Of a DNA stretch of 64,000 nt, positions 37,817-46,406 are shown piece after piece (position 1 is the stretch's first letter; the number at the start of each line of letters is the position of its first letter). Source of the DNA: an uncultured Collinsella sp. (GTDB taxonomy: Bacteria; Actinomycetota; Coriobacteriia; Coriobacteriales; Coriobacteriaceae); the NCBI GenBank assembly GCA_902479135.1, contig CABSNU010000006.1, positions 11,070 to 75,069 of the forward strand, written 5' to 3'. The translations under genes were made by a program, and so were the position numbers. The notes beneath the pieces were generated by a model, which worked only from the letters and a program-made list of their open reading frames with translations, did not search any database and was not told where the DNA came from.

Positions 37817-38563
37817 ATGGAAAAGCTGGGAGTTATCGGCGGCATGGGCGCCGAGGCCACGTCGTATTACTACGACCAGGTGGTGCGTCATACGGCTGCT
37901 GCCTGCGATCAGGAACATATCGACATGGTGGTGCTCTCCAAGTCGACCATGCCCGACCGCACGCTGGCCATTAAGACCGGCGAGCATGCCAAGCTGCTGG
38001 CGACCATGAAAGAGTGTGCCCAGGCACTCGAGTCGCTGGGCTGTGCGCACATTGCCATTCCCTGCAACACGTCACACTACTTCTACGACCAGATCCAGTC
38101 GTTTACCACAGTGCCGATTATCCACATGCCACGCGAGTCGGTTCGCTATGCCCTTGCGGGTGCGGTGATGGGGGAGTGCGAGTTCGACCCCAACCTGAGT
38201 ATGCCGGCCGAGCCGGTGCACAAGATCGGCATCATGGGAACCGACGGAACCGTGGGCGCGGGCGTCTACGGCCGCGAATGCGAGGCTGCGGGTGTTGAGG
38301 TCGTCTATCCCAGCGAGAAACGTCAGAACGATGTGATGTCGCTTATCTACGATGATGTGAAGGCCGGACGTGAGCCCGATATGGATAAGTTCGACCGCGT
38401 GATGTGGGAGTTCGCCCGTAGCGGCTGCGACCGTGTCATTCTGGCCTGCACCGAGCTATCGGTGCTGCAGAAGTATCGAGAGATGCCCGAGATCACCCTC
38501 GATGCTATGGATGTCCTGGTGCGCGAATCCATCATCCGCAGCGGCGTCCCCTACCGCCTCTAG
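37817..38563 (+). CDS. Aspartate/glutamate racemase
   Basis: GVIGGMG..AT, IPCNTSH, ILACTELS. Confidence 0.9.
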   Translation: MEKLGVIGGMGAEATSYYYDQVVRHTAAACDQEHIDMVVLSKSTMPDRTLAIKTGEHAKLLATMKECAQALESLGCAHIAIPCNTSHYFYDQIQSFTTVPIIHMPRESVRYALAGAVMGECEFDPNLSMPAEPVHKIGIMGTDGTVGAGVYGRECEAAGVEVVYPSEKRQNDVMSLIYDDVKAGREPDMDKFDRVMWEFARSGCDRVILACTELSVLQKYREMPEITLDAMDVLVRESIIRSGVPYRL

Positions 38564-38688
38564 CTTCCGACCCGTCAAAAAGGGACAGGTTAATTTTGGC
38601 AGGTTTTATCTGGTGAAACAGTAAAGGCCTCGGCTCGTTTGGTGCGAGCCGAGGCCTTTTGCGTTGGGCGGTTGCTGTCGGTGGTGAA

Positions 38689-39435
38689 CTAGAACAGGAA
38701 GCCGATGGCGACGAGGGCGATGCTGACGATGAGTACGGCGATGTCCAGGCCCTTGATGGGGTAGCGCTTGTACGAGCTGGCGCGCGTGCGCAGATAGAAG
38801 CCGCGCTGTTCTGCCGCCAAGGCCGTGGCATCGGTCTTGCCCACGCTCGAGATGAGCAGCGGCACACACAGTGGCAGCATGAGCTTAAGCTTCTTGATGG
38901 GGTTCTTGGTGTCGTACTCGACGCCGCGTGCGGTCTGCGCTTCCATGATGGCGTTCATCTCCTGACCAAACACCGGCACAAAGCGCAGCGCCGTGGTAAA
39001 GGTGAAGGCATAGCGATACGGTACGTGCAGCACCTCGACGCAGGCGTTGGCAAGGTCGTTGAGCTTGGTCACCATAAGCATGAGGATGAGTGGCAGCGCC
39101 ACGCCCAACAGGCGTAGGCAGGCCTTCGATCCTGTGATGAGGCCCGTGTCGGTGATAAAGCCCCACACCACGTTGCCATCGCGCATAAAGGCTAGCTGGA
39201 GTACCAGCATGATAAGCGCGAGCGGAATCAGCAGCTTGAGTAGCGAGAACAGACGGTCGACGACACCGGCATAGGCACCCAGCGCAAGGGTGAGTGCCAA
39301 AAAGCCCAGCAGCGCCACGTAGGTGTCGGACAAGAAGATGCCGACGATGATGGCGGCGGCGAGGCCCAGTTTGACGACGGGGTTCAGGCGATGCAGCAGC
39401 GTATCGCCCGGCATGTAGTCGATGACGTTAACCAC
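38689..39435 (-). CDS. ECF transporter T component
   Basis: LHRLNP..KL, ALRFVP, AQTARG, RGF. Confidence 0.9.
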   Translation of the reverse strand: MVNVIDYMPGDTLLHRLNPVVKLGLAAAIIVGIFLSDTYVALLGFLALTLALGAYAGVVDRLFSLLKLLIPLALIMLVLQLAFMRDGNVVWGFITDTGLITGSKACLRLLGVALPLILMLMVTKLNDLANACVEVLHVPYRYAFTFTTALRFVPVFGQEMNAIMEAQTARGVEYDTKNPIKKLKLMLPLCVPLLISSVGKTDATALAAEQRGFYLRTRASSYKRYPIKGLDIAVLIVSIALVAIGFLF

Positions 39436-41179
39436 GGTGGACCATCTCCTTGGTAATTCGAACGACATCGGTGACCTCGCTCACCTGCGCAAAAGCGGGC
39501 GAGACGGAAGATGCCAGACGGCGCGAGAGTTCAATAACCTGGGGAGGCTCCACGTAGGCACGCCGCATGAGATCGATGTTCGAGAATAGCTCGTGCGTGC
39601 GGCCGCGGTCGAGGATGTGACCGTCGGCCATTACTACGATACGCTCGGCAAAGTCGGAAACAACTTCCATATCGTGGCAGACCATGATAACGGCGCAGCC
39701 GCGCTCGGCCATGGTGCGCACCGTTTCCATGACGGTCATGCACTCGCGGTAATCAAGGCCGCTCGTGGGCTCGTCGAGCACGACGATCTTGGGTTCAACC
39801 ACTACGACGGAGGCAAGCGCCACCATTTGTCGCTGGCCGCGCGAAAGTGAGAAAGGTGCCTCATCGGCAGGCAGGCCAAAGCGGTCGATAACGAGTTGAG
39901 CACGACGCAGAGCCTCGGCACGGTCGATGCCGGCAAGCTCCAGGCCAAAAGCGACCTCGTCGAGTACGGTATCCTTGCAGATCTGGCGGTCGGGGTTTTG
40001 GAAGAGGGTTGCGACTTCGCGGGCAATGCGGCTCGTGGGAACGGCTGCGGTATCCAGTCCCGTGACGCGCACGCTGCCCGAGGCGGGTTTAAGCAGGCCC
40101 GTGAGCAGCTTGGTGAGCGTGGTCTTGCCGGCACCGTTTTGGCCGACGATGCCCACGAGCTCGCCGGGATAGAGGGTCAGGTTGAGGTCGTGGACGGCGG
40201 CGCCGCCATTGGGATAGGCAAACTCAACATGGTCGAAGGTGAGTACGGGTTCGGCGTCCTTGGCATGAGGGCGCAACGACGGTGCGTGCGGTGAGCCGGC
40301 GGGTGCCTGAATGTCGTTGCTTGCGTGTGCGGGGTCGACGATGCCCGAAATCAGGCGCTCGGCTTCATCGACATCCAAGCAAGGGGTACCGCTTACCAGG
40401 CCATCGGCCTCGAGGCTATTGAAGATACGCGTGACGCGAGGGCAGTCGACGCCGATGGCACGGAGCTCGTCGGTATGCGCGAAGACCTCGTGTGGCTCGC
40501 CCTGCAGCGCGATTTCGCCATGGTTGAGCACGAGCACGCGGTTGCAGTACTCCGAGAGCAGGGCGACCTTTTGCTCAACGACGACGATGGTAATTCCAAG
40601 TGCGCGGTTTGCCTCACGCAGCGTCTCGAAGACCAACGTGGAGCTGGCGGGGTCGAGTGCCGCGGTGGGCTCGTCGAGAACCAAGACGCGCGGACGCATG
40701 GCGAGGATGGCGGCGATGGCTACCTTTTGCTTCTGTCCGCCCGAGAGGGTGGCGATCTCGCGGTCGCGCAGGTCGCTGATGCCGACGGTCTCGAGCGTTT
40801 CGCTCACGCGCTGCTCGATCTGGTCGTGGGGAACGTCAAAGTTCTCGAGGCCAAAGAGCATCTCGTCCTCGACGACTGAGGCGACCATCTGCGTGTCGAT
40901 ATCCTGCAGCACGCTGCCGACGATTTGCGACACGTCGGTGAGCGAGGCTTCGCAGGTGTCGTGGCCGTCAACCATGACGGACCCAAAGAACGTGCCGGTG
41001 TAGTGGTGGGGCACGGCACCTGACAGGCAGGCGGCAAGCGTGGACTTGCCGGCGCCCGAGGGCCCGATGATGCCGATGAAATCTCCCTTGTTCACGCTGA
41101 GCGAGATGTGGCTGAGCGCCCGCTCGGTTTGCGTGCCATAGGAGAACGAGACATCGTCGACGTTGATGATCGTTTCCAT
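39428..41179 (-). CDS. ECF transporter fused double ATPase (A-A')
   Basis: GPSGAGKST / LSGGQKQ and GQNGAGKTT / LSRGQRQ. Confidence 0.92.
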   Translation of the reverse strand: METIINVDDVSFSYGTQTERALSHISLSVNKGDFIGIIGPSGAGKSTLAACLSGAVPHHYTGTFFGSVMVDGHDTCEASLTDVSQIVGSVLQDIDTQMVASVVEDEMLFGLENFDVPHDQIEQRVSETLETVGISDLRDREIATLSGGQKQKVAIAAILAMRPRVLVLDEPTAALDPASSTLVFETLREANRALGITIVVVEQKVALLSEYCNRVLVLNHGEIALQGEPHEVFAHTDELRAIGVDCPRVTRIFNSLEADGLVSGTPCLDVDEAERLISGIVDPAHASNDIQAPAGSPHAPSLRPHAKDAEPVLTFDHVEFAYPNGGAAVHDLNLTLYPGELVGIVGQNGAGKTTLTKLLTGLLKPASGSVRVTGLDTAAVPTSRIAREVATLFQNPDRQICKDTVLDEVAFGLELAGIDRAEALRRAQLVIDRFGLPADEAPFSLSRGQRQMVALASVVVVEPKIVVLDEPTSGLDYRECMTVMETVRTMAERGCAVIMVCHDMEVVSDFAERIVVMADGHILDRGRTHELFSNIDLMRRAYVEPPQVIELSRRLASSVSPAFAQVSEVTDVVRITKEMVHRG

Positions 41180-41197
41180 GGATACCTTTCATAGTCA

Positions 41198-41241
41198 TTG
41201 GGGACGTTCTTAAATGACGAGTCGTTTAAGAACGTCCCCAA
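41198..41241. repeat. GGGGAC-type REP-like palindrome
   Basis: TTGGGGACGTTCTTAAATGAC-GA-GTCGTTTAAGAACGTCCCCAA. Confidence 0.65.
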
Positions 41242-41309
41242 GAGCTAGTTGTCTGGGACAGTCTTTGATGACGGGGCCGTGGAGTTGCGGCCCCGTCCAT
41301 CATATCAGG

Positions 41310-41861
41310 CTATTTGTTGAGCACCTTGCGGAGGGGGAAGAAGAGGGCCTGGACCACGACGGCGTTGAAGACGGCAGTGCCGAGCACGATGGGCACCTTG
41401 GCGAGCGCCGTGGGCAGCGCGGCACCCATGATGACGGTGCCCAGGGCTGCGAAGAGAACGCCCGAAACCAGGGTGGTGAGCAGCCCGGCGATAAAGGGGT
41501 TAGTCTTGTCACCGCCGATGTTTGACTTAACGAGCGCTGCCATCGTCAGCGCGCCGGCAAGCTCGGTGACAAAGTTGAGGCCAGGGATTGACGTAGTGAT
41601 CTGGATAACGGCTGCCGACAGGATGCCAAAGATGGCAGCCTGGGCAAAGCTCGCCTGCGTGAGCGCGATGGCTAGAGCATAGGCGGCAATGATGAACTGC
41701 GGCTTGATGCCCGTGACGGCCAGGGCATTACCTACGGTTATGTTGAGGATAAAGCCGGCGGCAAGCAGGACGGCGAGCAGGACCAGCGAGGTGATATCGA
41801 GGATGCCTTTGTCGTAAGCGGCGTTGGTAGAAATAGTACGAGCCTGAGTGTTGGTGGCCAT
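41310..41861 (-). CDS. ECF S component, TrpP-like (paralog 2)
   Basis: Hydrophobic 183 aa; LLA.LLAAGFILN, PQFIIAAY, T.VSG shared with paralog 1. Confidence 0.7.
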   Translation of the reverse strand: MATNTQARTISTNAAYDKGILDITSLVLLAVLLAAGFILNITVGNALAVTGIKPQFIIAAYALAIALTQASFAQAAIFGILSAAVIQITTSIPGLNFVTELAGALTMAALVKSNIGGDKTNPFIAGLLTTLVSGVLFAALGTVIMGAALPTALAKVPIVLGTAVFNAVVVQALFFPLRKVLNK

Positions 41862-41963
41862 GATGTTCTCCTTAAGGTGGGATTTGAGATAAGAGTGTCC
41901 TAGACCCCCACGAAAGGGGTTAAATCGAAAAGGGGATTAATTTTGAATAATGGAGCATGGAGA

Positions 41964-42063
41964 CGGCTTTACGAGGGCCCCAGGTTGGCGCGAAAGAGGA
42001 GCGAAGCGTACTTGGGCACGCGAGCGACGAATGAACGCCAAGATGGGGTGGCTCGTAAAGCCG
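41964..42063 (+). repeat. Structured intergenic hairpin, family A copy 2
   Basis: CGGCTTTACGAG/CTCGTAAAGCCG, TTGGCG/CGCCAA, internal loop GAAAGAGGA/GACGAATGA. Confidence 0.65.
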
Positions 42064-42069
42064 AGCGGG

Positions 42070-42642
42070 TTAGTTGAGCTTCAGGGCCTTCTGAATGGGC
42101 AGGTAGAGGGCACCGACCAGAATGGCGTTAAAGACGGCGGTCATGGCGACCACGGGCAGCATGGCTGCGGCGAGCTCGCCCACCACGCCAAGCATGGCCA
42201 TCTTGATAACCATGAAGATGACGCCGGAGACAAAGGTGGTCACGAAGGTTGCGACGATGGCGACGGCAGGCTTGACCTGACCGTTCTTGCCGGCGGCGTT
42301 GACGATGCCGGCCATGAGCATGGCGGCGATGCCCTCGGCGGCAAAATCGACGAACGGCGAAGTGGTGGTGATCTGGATCACGGCAGCCGAGATGAGGCCA
42401 ATGACGAGCGCCTGGCCGATGTTGGGGCGAACGACCAGGATGGTGAGGCAGAAGGCCGAGATGATGAACTCGGGGCTGATCATGCCGCCCGAGATGCCCG
42501 AGATTGCCTTGCCGACGGTGAAGTTGAGGATGAAGCCGGCGGCGAGCAGGATGGCGAGCAGGACGAGGGCGCGGACATCGAGTTTGCCGCGATCGGCGGT
42601 CTGGACGGTGCGGGGCTGGGTGGCGGTGGTGTTCTGAGACAT
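42070..42642 (-). CDS. ECF S component, probable tryptophan transporter (TrpP-like, paralog 1)
   Basis: Hydrophobic ~190 aa; preceded by a Trp leader attenuator; GAAAGGA RBS. Confidence 0.75.
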   Translation of the reverse strand: MSQNTTATQPRTVQTADRGKLDVRALVLLAILLAAGFILNFTVGKAISGISGGMISPEFIISAFCLTILVVRPNIGQALVIGLISAAVIQITTTSPFVDFAAEGIAAMLMAGIVNAAGKNGQVKPAVAIVATFVTTFVSGVIFMVIKMAMLGVVGELAAAMLPVVAMTAVFNAILVGALYLPIQKALKLN

Positions 42643-42719
42643 GGTGAAAATCCTTTCGGAAGGGGATTGCAAGAGAAAAGCGGAGGCGCGTGATGCGAAT
42701 GCGATCGGGCTCGAGATAG

Positions 42720-42750
42720 AAAAAGGCCCCCGGTCGAAACCGGAGGCCTT
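42720..42750 (-). terminator. Attenuator terminator in the ECF leader
   Basis: Minus strand AAGGCCTCCGGT-TTCG-ACCGGGGGCCTTTTT. Confidence 0.8.
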
Positions 42751-42786
42751 CCAATCACCTAGAGCGCAAAAACAGGCGTGAGGGAC

Positions 42787-42855
42787 TCACTGTCGACCGA
42801 TCGTATTCGCATCACGCCACCACCAGTTGTTAAGAGAGCTCATCGTGTTCTTCAT
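42787..42855 (-). CDS. Tryptophan attenuation leader peptide MKNTMSSLNNWWWRDANTIGRQ (not in ORF track)
   Basis: AAAGGAG RBS, three consecutive TGG codons, followed by a terminator. Confidence 0.88.
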   Translation of the reverse strand: MKNTMSSLNNWWWRDANTIGRQ

Positions 42856-43042
42856 GTTGGTGGCTCCTTTCGTGATGCCGTGGCGCGGTCGCACCTAGTT
42901 ACTGTTGCGCTGCACTATAGCACAGCGAAGTGTGTGCGGGGAAATCTTTTTTAAAAAGATTTCAGCGGTGTTTCCCACCGGTCAAAAAGGCGGGCTGAGC
43001 GGGTGGGGCAACCCGTGTCGTCCCACCCGCACCAGCGAGGGA

Positions 43043-44983
43043 TTACTCCTTGTTGCGGCGATAGAGGATATAACCGCCTGCGGAGATGACGGCAACGCCA
43101 GCGATGGCGAATACGGCCACCATGCGGCCATCAAAACGATCGCCAGTGGTGGGCAGGCCGCCCTTGGTGTTCGTCTTGTTGGTGGTTACCGTGGTCGTGG
43201 TGTTGTCCGACTTGCCGGGCTTCTCAGGCTTGGTGGTGGGCTGCTCAGGCTTCTCGGGGGTACCAGGCTGCTCGGGCTTGCCGGGCTGCTCGGGGGTGCC
43301 GGGCTGATCCGGGGTGACCGGGTCGGTGGCAAGAGCGTCCTGGGCGTAGGTAATGGACACCTTGAGGCCCTTGGTCTCGGTGTTCAGATCGCTTGGGGTG
43401 AAGGGCTGTTCGAAGTTTCCGGCCTTCTGATAGGCGCGCATCTCCTGGAGCAGGGCCTTGCACTTCTTGTAGGTGTTCTCGGTGGCAGCCTTGCCGGCCT
43501 TGTTGGCTAGGGCAGTGCGGCCCTCGGTGGTCGTTTCGGCCAGCATGGCGGCGTCAACTTCCTTGTTCTGCTCGATGAGCTCATTCTGGAGGGCGTCAAG
43601 ATAGGCATGGACGCCAGCACCGAGGGTGGCACGATTCTCGAAGGCAAGCGAGCTGATGTCCATAAAGACGTAGTTAATGGAGTTCTCAGGCTCTTCGTTG
43701 TTTACGACGTCTGTTTCGTCGCAGTGGTCGAAAGATACGGTCTGGTCGCTGAAGTAGGGGCTGACCTCGGTCATCAGGGCGGAGTACAGCGGGATGGCGA
43801 TGGAGAATTCAGCTCGAGAGAGCATCTCCCATTGGATGGTCGCAATTTCAGGGTTGAGGCCGTTGCGAATCTGGAAGAGATGGGCCTCACCGTTGCGCTC
43901 GGTGCCGATGCAATAGGCACCATCGGTGTTGGCGCTGAGGCCGGGAACGTTTTCGCCACGATTGCCAAAGGCGCGAATAAGTTCAAAAGTATTCCAACCG
44001 GACTTTTCGGGTTGGAAGAACAGCGGCTGCATTTCATTTACCATGGCGCCAACCTTAGCGCGCGGTTTTTCGCTAGTGTCCTGGACGATTTCATAGTCGG
44101 TGCCCTCAGTAAGCGGAGCCCCAAGGTAATCGCGGCCCTGGACGTAGCGCGACCAAGCGTGAACGGAAGTTTTGTCGATGGGCGAACCGTAGGTCTGGGC
44201 AACATCGAACTGTCCGTCGTCGAAATACTTGGCGAAACCCTTTTCTTCAGGTAGGGACTTAATGCCTTCGGAGTGAATGCAGTTTACGGTGTCATCGAGG
44301 TTAACCTTGAAGTTGAGATTGCTGATATTGGGATTGAGCGACGCGATATCATCGGTCAACTTCATGGCAATCCACTGATGGCCGGAAAGCGCGGCGAACA
44401 GCCAGGTCTCATTGTTGTCGGCAATGATGAGCTGGTCGTTGGCGTTGGCGCCCTGTTCGTTAATGAGCCTGCCGATGAGCTCGACTCCCTCGCGGGCCGT
44501 GCCGCTCTCGCCAAGGATGACGCCGGCGTAGACGTATTCGCTGATGCCTGTTTTGGTCAGGGGATCTGCGGCCTTTGCTTCGTCATTCATGCTCGTGCTC
44601 AGCGTGGCAGAGCAAGAAACGCCCTTCTCGTTAATTCCCGCTTCGGAGTAGGCGTCCCAGCGTCCGTGCCACTGCGAAGGGTGGTCGCGCACGTAGCTAT
44701 AACGATATGTGGTCTTGGTCGAGGTGTATGCGAAGTCGGACTCGTCTGAGCCGTAGATATGGCCGGGACCATGCGAGGGTTCAATGCCATAGTGCTTGAG
44801 GTAACGTGTGCCAACGTCCTCGGTGCGGCCGTAGTACGTGTTGCCATCGGCCGTTAGGTTTTTGCCCATGTAGATCTGCGTGCAGGCGAGCGCAGAGGTC
44901 GGCATGGACATGATGGTTGCGGCTCCAAAAGCAAGGCCAATGCCAAGCTTTTTGAGCGCGTTGACGGGGTGAGTTTTCCTCAT
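43043..44983 (-). CDS. Sortase-anchored C69 family dipeptidase
   Basis: Signal peptide ending ALA then CT nucleophile; GRTED, EAGINEKGV, TAREGVE; PEQPG linker repeats; LPTTG + TM + RR tail. Confidence 0.88.
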   Translation of the reverse strand: MRKTHPVNALKKLGIGLAFGAATIMSMPTSALACTQIYMGKNLTADGNTYYGRTEDVGTRYLKHYGIEPSHGPGHIYGSDESDFAYTSTKTTYRYSYVRDHPSQWHGRWDAYSEAGINEKGVSCSATLSTSMNDEAKAADPLTKTGISEYVYAGVILGESGTAREGVELIGRLINEQGANANDQLIIADNNETWLFAALSGHQWIAMKLTDDIASLNPNISNLNFKVNLDDTVNCIHSEGIKSLPEEKGFAKYFDDGQFDVAQTYGSPIDKTSVHAWSRYVQGRDYLGAPLTEGTDYEIVQDTSEKPRAKVGAMVNEMQPLFFQPEKSGWNTFELIRAFGNRGENVPGLSANTDGAYCIGTERNGEAHLFQIRNGLNPEIATIQWEMLSRAEFSIAIPLYSALMTEVSPYFSDQTVSFDHCDETDVVNNEEPENSINYVFMDISSLAFENRATLGAGVHAYLDALQNELIEQNKEVDAAMLAETTTEGRTALANKAGKAATENTYKKCKALLQEMRAYQKAGNFEQPFTPSDLNTETKGLKVSITYAQDALATDPVTPDQPGTPEQPGKPEQPGTPEKPEQPTTKPEKPGKSDNTTTTVTTNKTNTKGGLPTTGDRFDGRMVAVFAIAGVAVISAGGYILYRRNKE

Positions 44984-45288
44984 AATCCCTCCCAGCGTGC
45001 GAAAGCCCTCTGTCGCCAGAGGGCTTCAGCCAATAAAGACACCCCACTAGCGTAACGAACTGGAAACAATATTCATCTATGAAAGATACTTACTCGATAA
45101 GCGTAATGAAATATGCGATGAGTGGTTAATTATACTCAGTTTGTAGCTTTAGCCAAATAAAGACTCCCTGCAATTACTACATCTGGATAAAGCGTCTGGA
45201 AAGACCGAAATTAAAAATCCCCGCTGTTTGGCAAATGCATAAACAGCGGGGGAGACGATAATTGGATGAATATCATACCAATGTGGAA

Positions 45289-45381
45289 TTACTTCTTTCG
45301 GCGGTGGATCACATTGATCGCATAGCCTACGAGCATAGCCAAAACGATGATGAGAAAGCCGAGCGCGGGATTGTCGTTCAT
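45289..45381 (-). CDS. 30-aa single-TM peptide MNDNPALGFLIIVLAMLVGYAINVIHRRKK (not in ORF track)
   Basis: GGAGG RBS overlapping the upstream stop codon; hydrophobic core and basic tail. Confidence 0.65.
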   Translation of the reverse strand: MNDNPALGFLIIVLAMLVGYAINVIHRRKK

Positions 45382-45390
45382 GGGGTCCTC

Positions 45391-46308
45391 CTATTTTCCG
45401 AGCGGTGAGAATTCGTCGACGATGAGGTCGAGGCATTGCGGAAGCGCACGGGCGCCAAAGACGCCCGAGTTGCTGGAGATAATCTCGCCATCGAACTGCA
45501 TGCCCAGCGACGGCGTGCAGGTAATCTTGGCTTCCTTGGTTTGGATGATCTTGAACTGCGGACGGCCGAGCACCTTGCCGGCGGGGTCGAGCGCGGCGGT
45601 AATCACGGTGGGCAGCAGCTGCACAGTGCGCACGGGCTCGATGACCGCGATGTCGACCATGCCGTCGTTCATGCGGCAGTTGGGGAACAGGTTGATGTCG
45701 TTTTGAATGACCGAGGTGTTGCCGGCCATGCAGCAGATGCCGTCGAGCTCCTCGACAATGCCGTCATGCTCAATCGTAAAGTGCGCCACCGTGGGATTGG
45801 GCGTGGCGAGCGCAGACAGGAAGTAGGCGATCTCGCCGATGTCGTTTTTGGTGGGGGCGGCCTTCATCATGATCTCGGCATCGTAGCCCGACCCAGCGAT
45901 GATGATAAAGCCATGGCGCTTCTCGTTGCCGTCCTCGTCGAGCCAAAAGAGCTCGCCCATGTCTGCCTTGACGGTGCGGCCGTCGCGGCAGGCCTTGGCG
46001 AGCGCCGCTGCCTCGGGGGCATTGCCGATGTTGTTGAAGAACAGGCAGGCCGTGCCAGAGGGAAAGACGAGTGTGGGGACGCCGCATCCGCGCATTTGAT
46101 CGAGCACGTTGGAGACGGTGCCGTCGCCGCCCGAGACCACCACGCGATCGAACTCGCGCACGTCCGCCACGGCGTCCTCGGGCTCCATACCGTCGCCGAT
46201 AAAGCGCATCACGACTTCATCGCCGCCCTGCGAGAGGGCGTGCGTGAATGCGAAGATTTCATCTGAGCTGGGGCCCGATGCCGGGTTGTGGATGATAAGG
46301 CAGCGCAT
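45391..46308 (-). CDS. Diacylglycerol/lipid kinase family protein
   Basis: IIHNPASG, GGDGTV, PSGTA, G.GYDA, FDGE. Confidence 0.88.
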   Translation of the reverse strand: MRCLIIHNPASGPSSDEIFAFTHALSQGGDEVVMRFIGDGMEPEDAVADVREFDRVVVSGGDGTVSNVLDQMRGCGVPTLVFPSGTACLFFNNIGNAPEAAALAKACRDGRTVKADMGELFWLDEDGNEKRHGFIIIAGSGYDAEIMMKAAPTKNDIGEIAYFLSALATPNPTVAHFTIEHDGIVEELDGICCMAGNTSVIQNDINLFPNCRMNDGMVDIAVIEPVRTVQLLPTVITAALDPAGKVLGRPQFKIIQTKEAKITCTPSLGMQFDGEIISSNSGVFGARALPQCLDLIVDEFSPLGK

Positions 46309-46406
46309 ACTTACGTTCCCGTTCTGTGACTAACCGAGTATAGTTGTAGGGCAATGCCGATATCCTACCCGTGTTTTTCGGGCCTAACCTTATTCGATGG
46401 GTTGAT

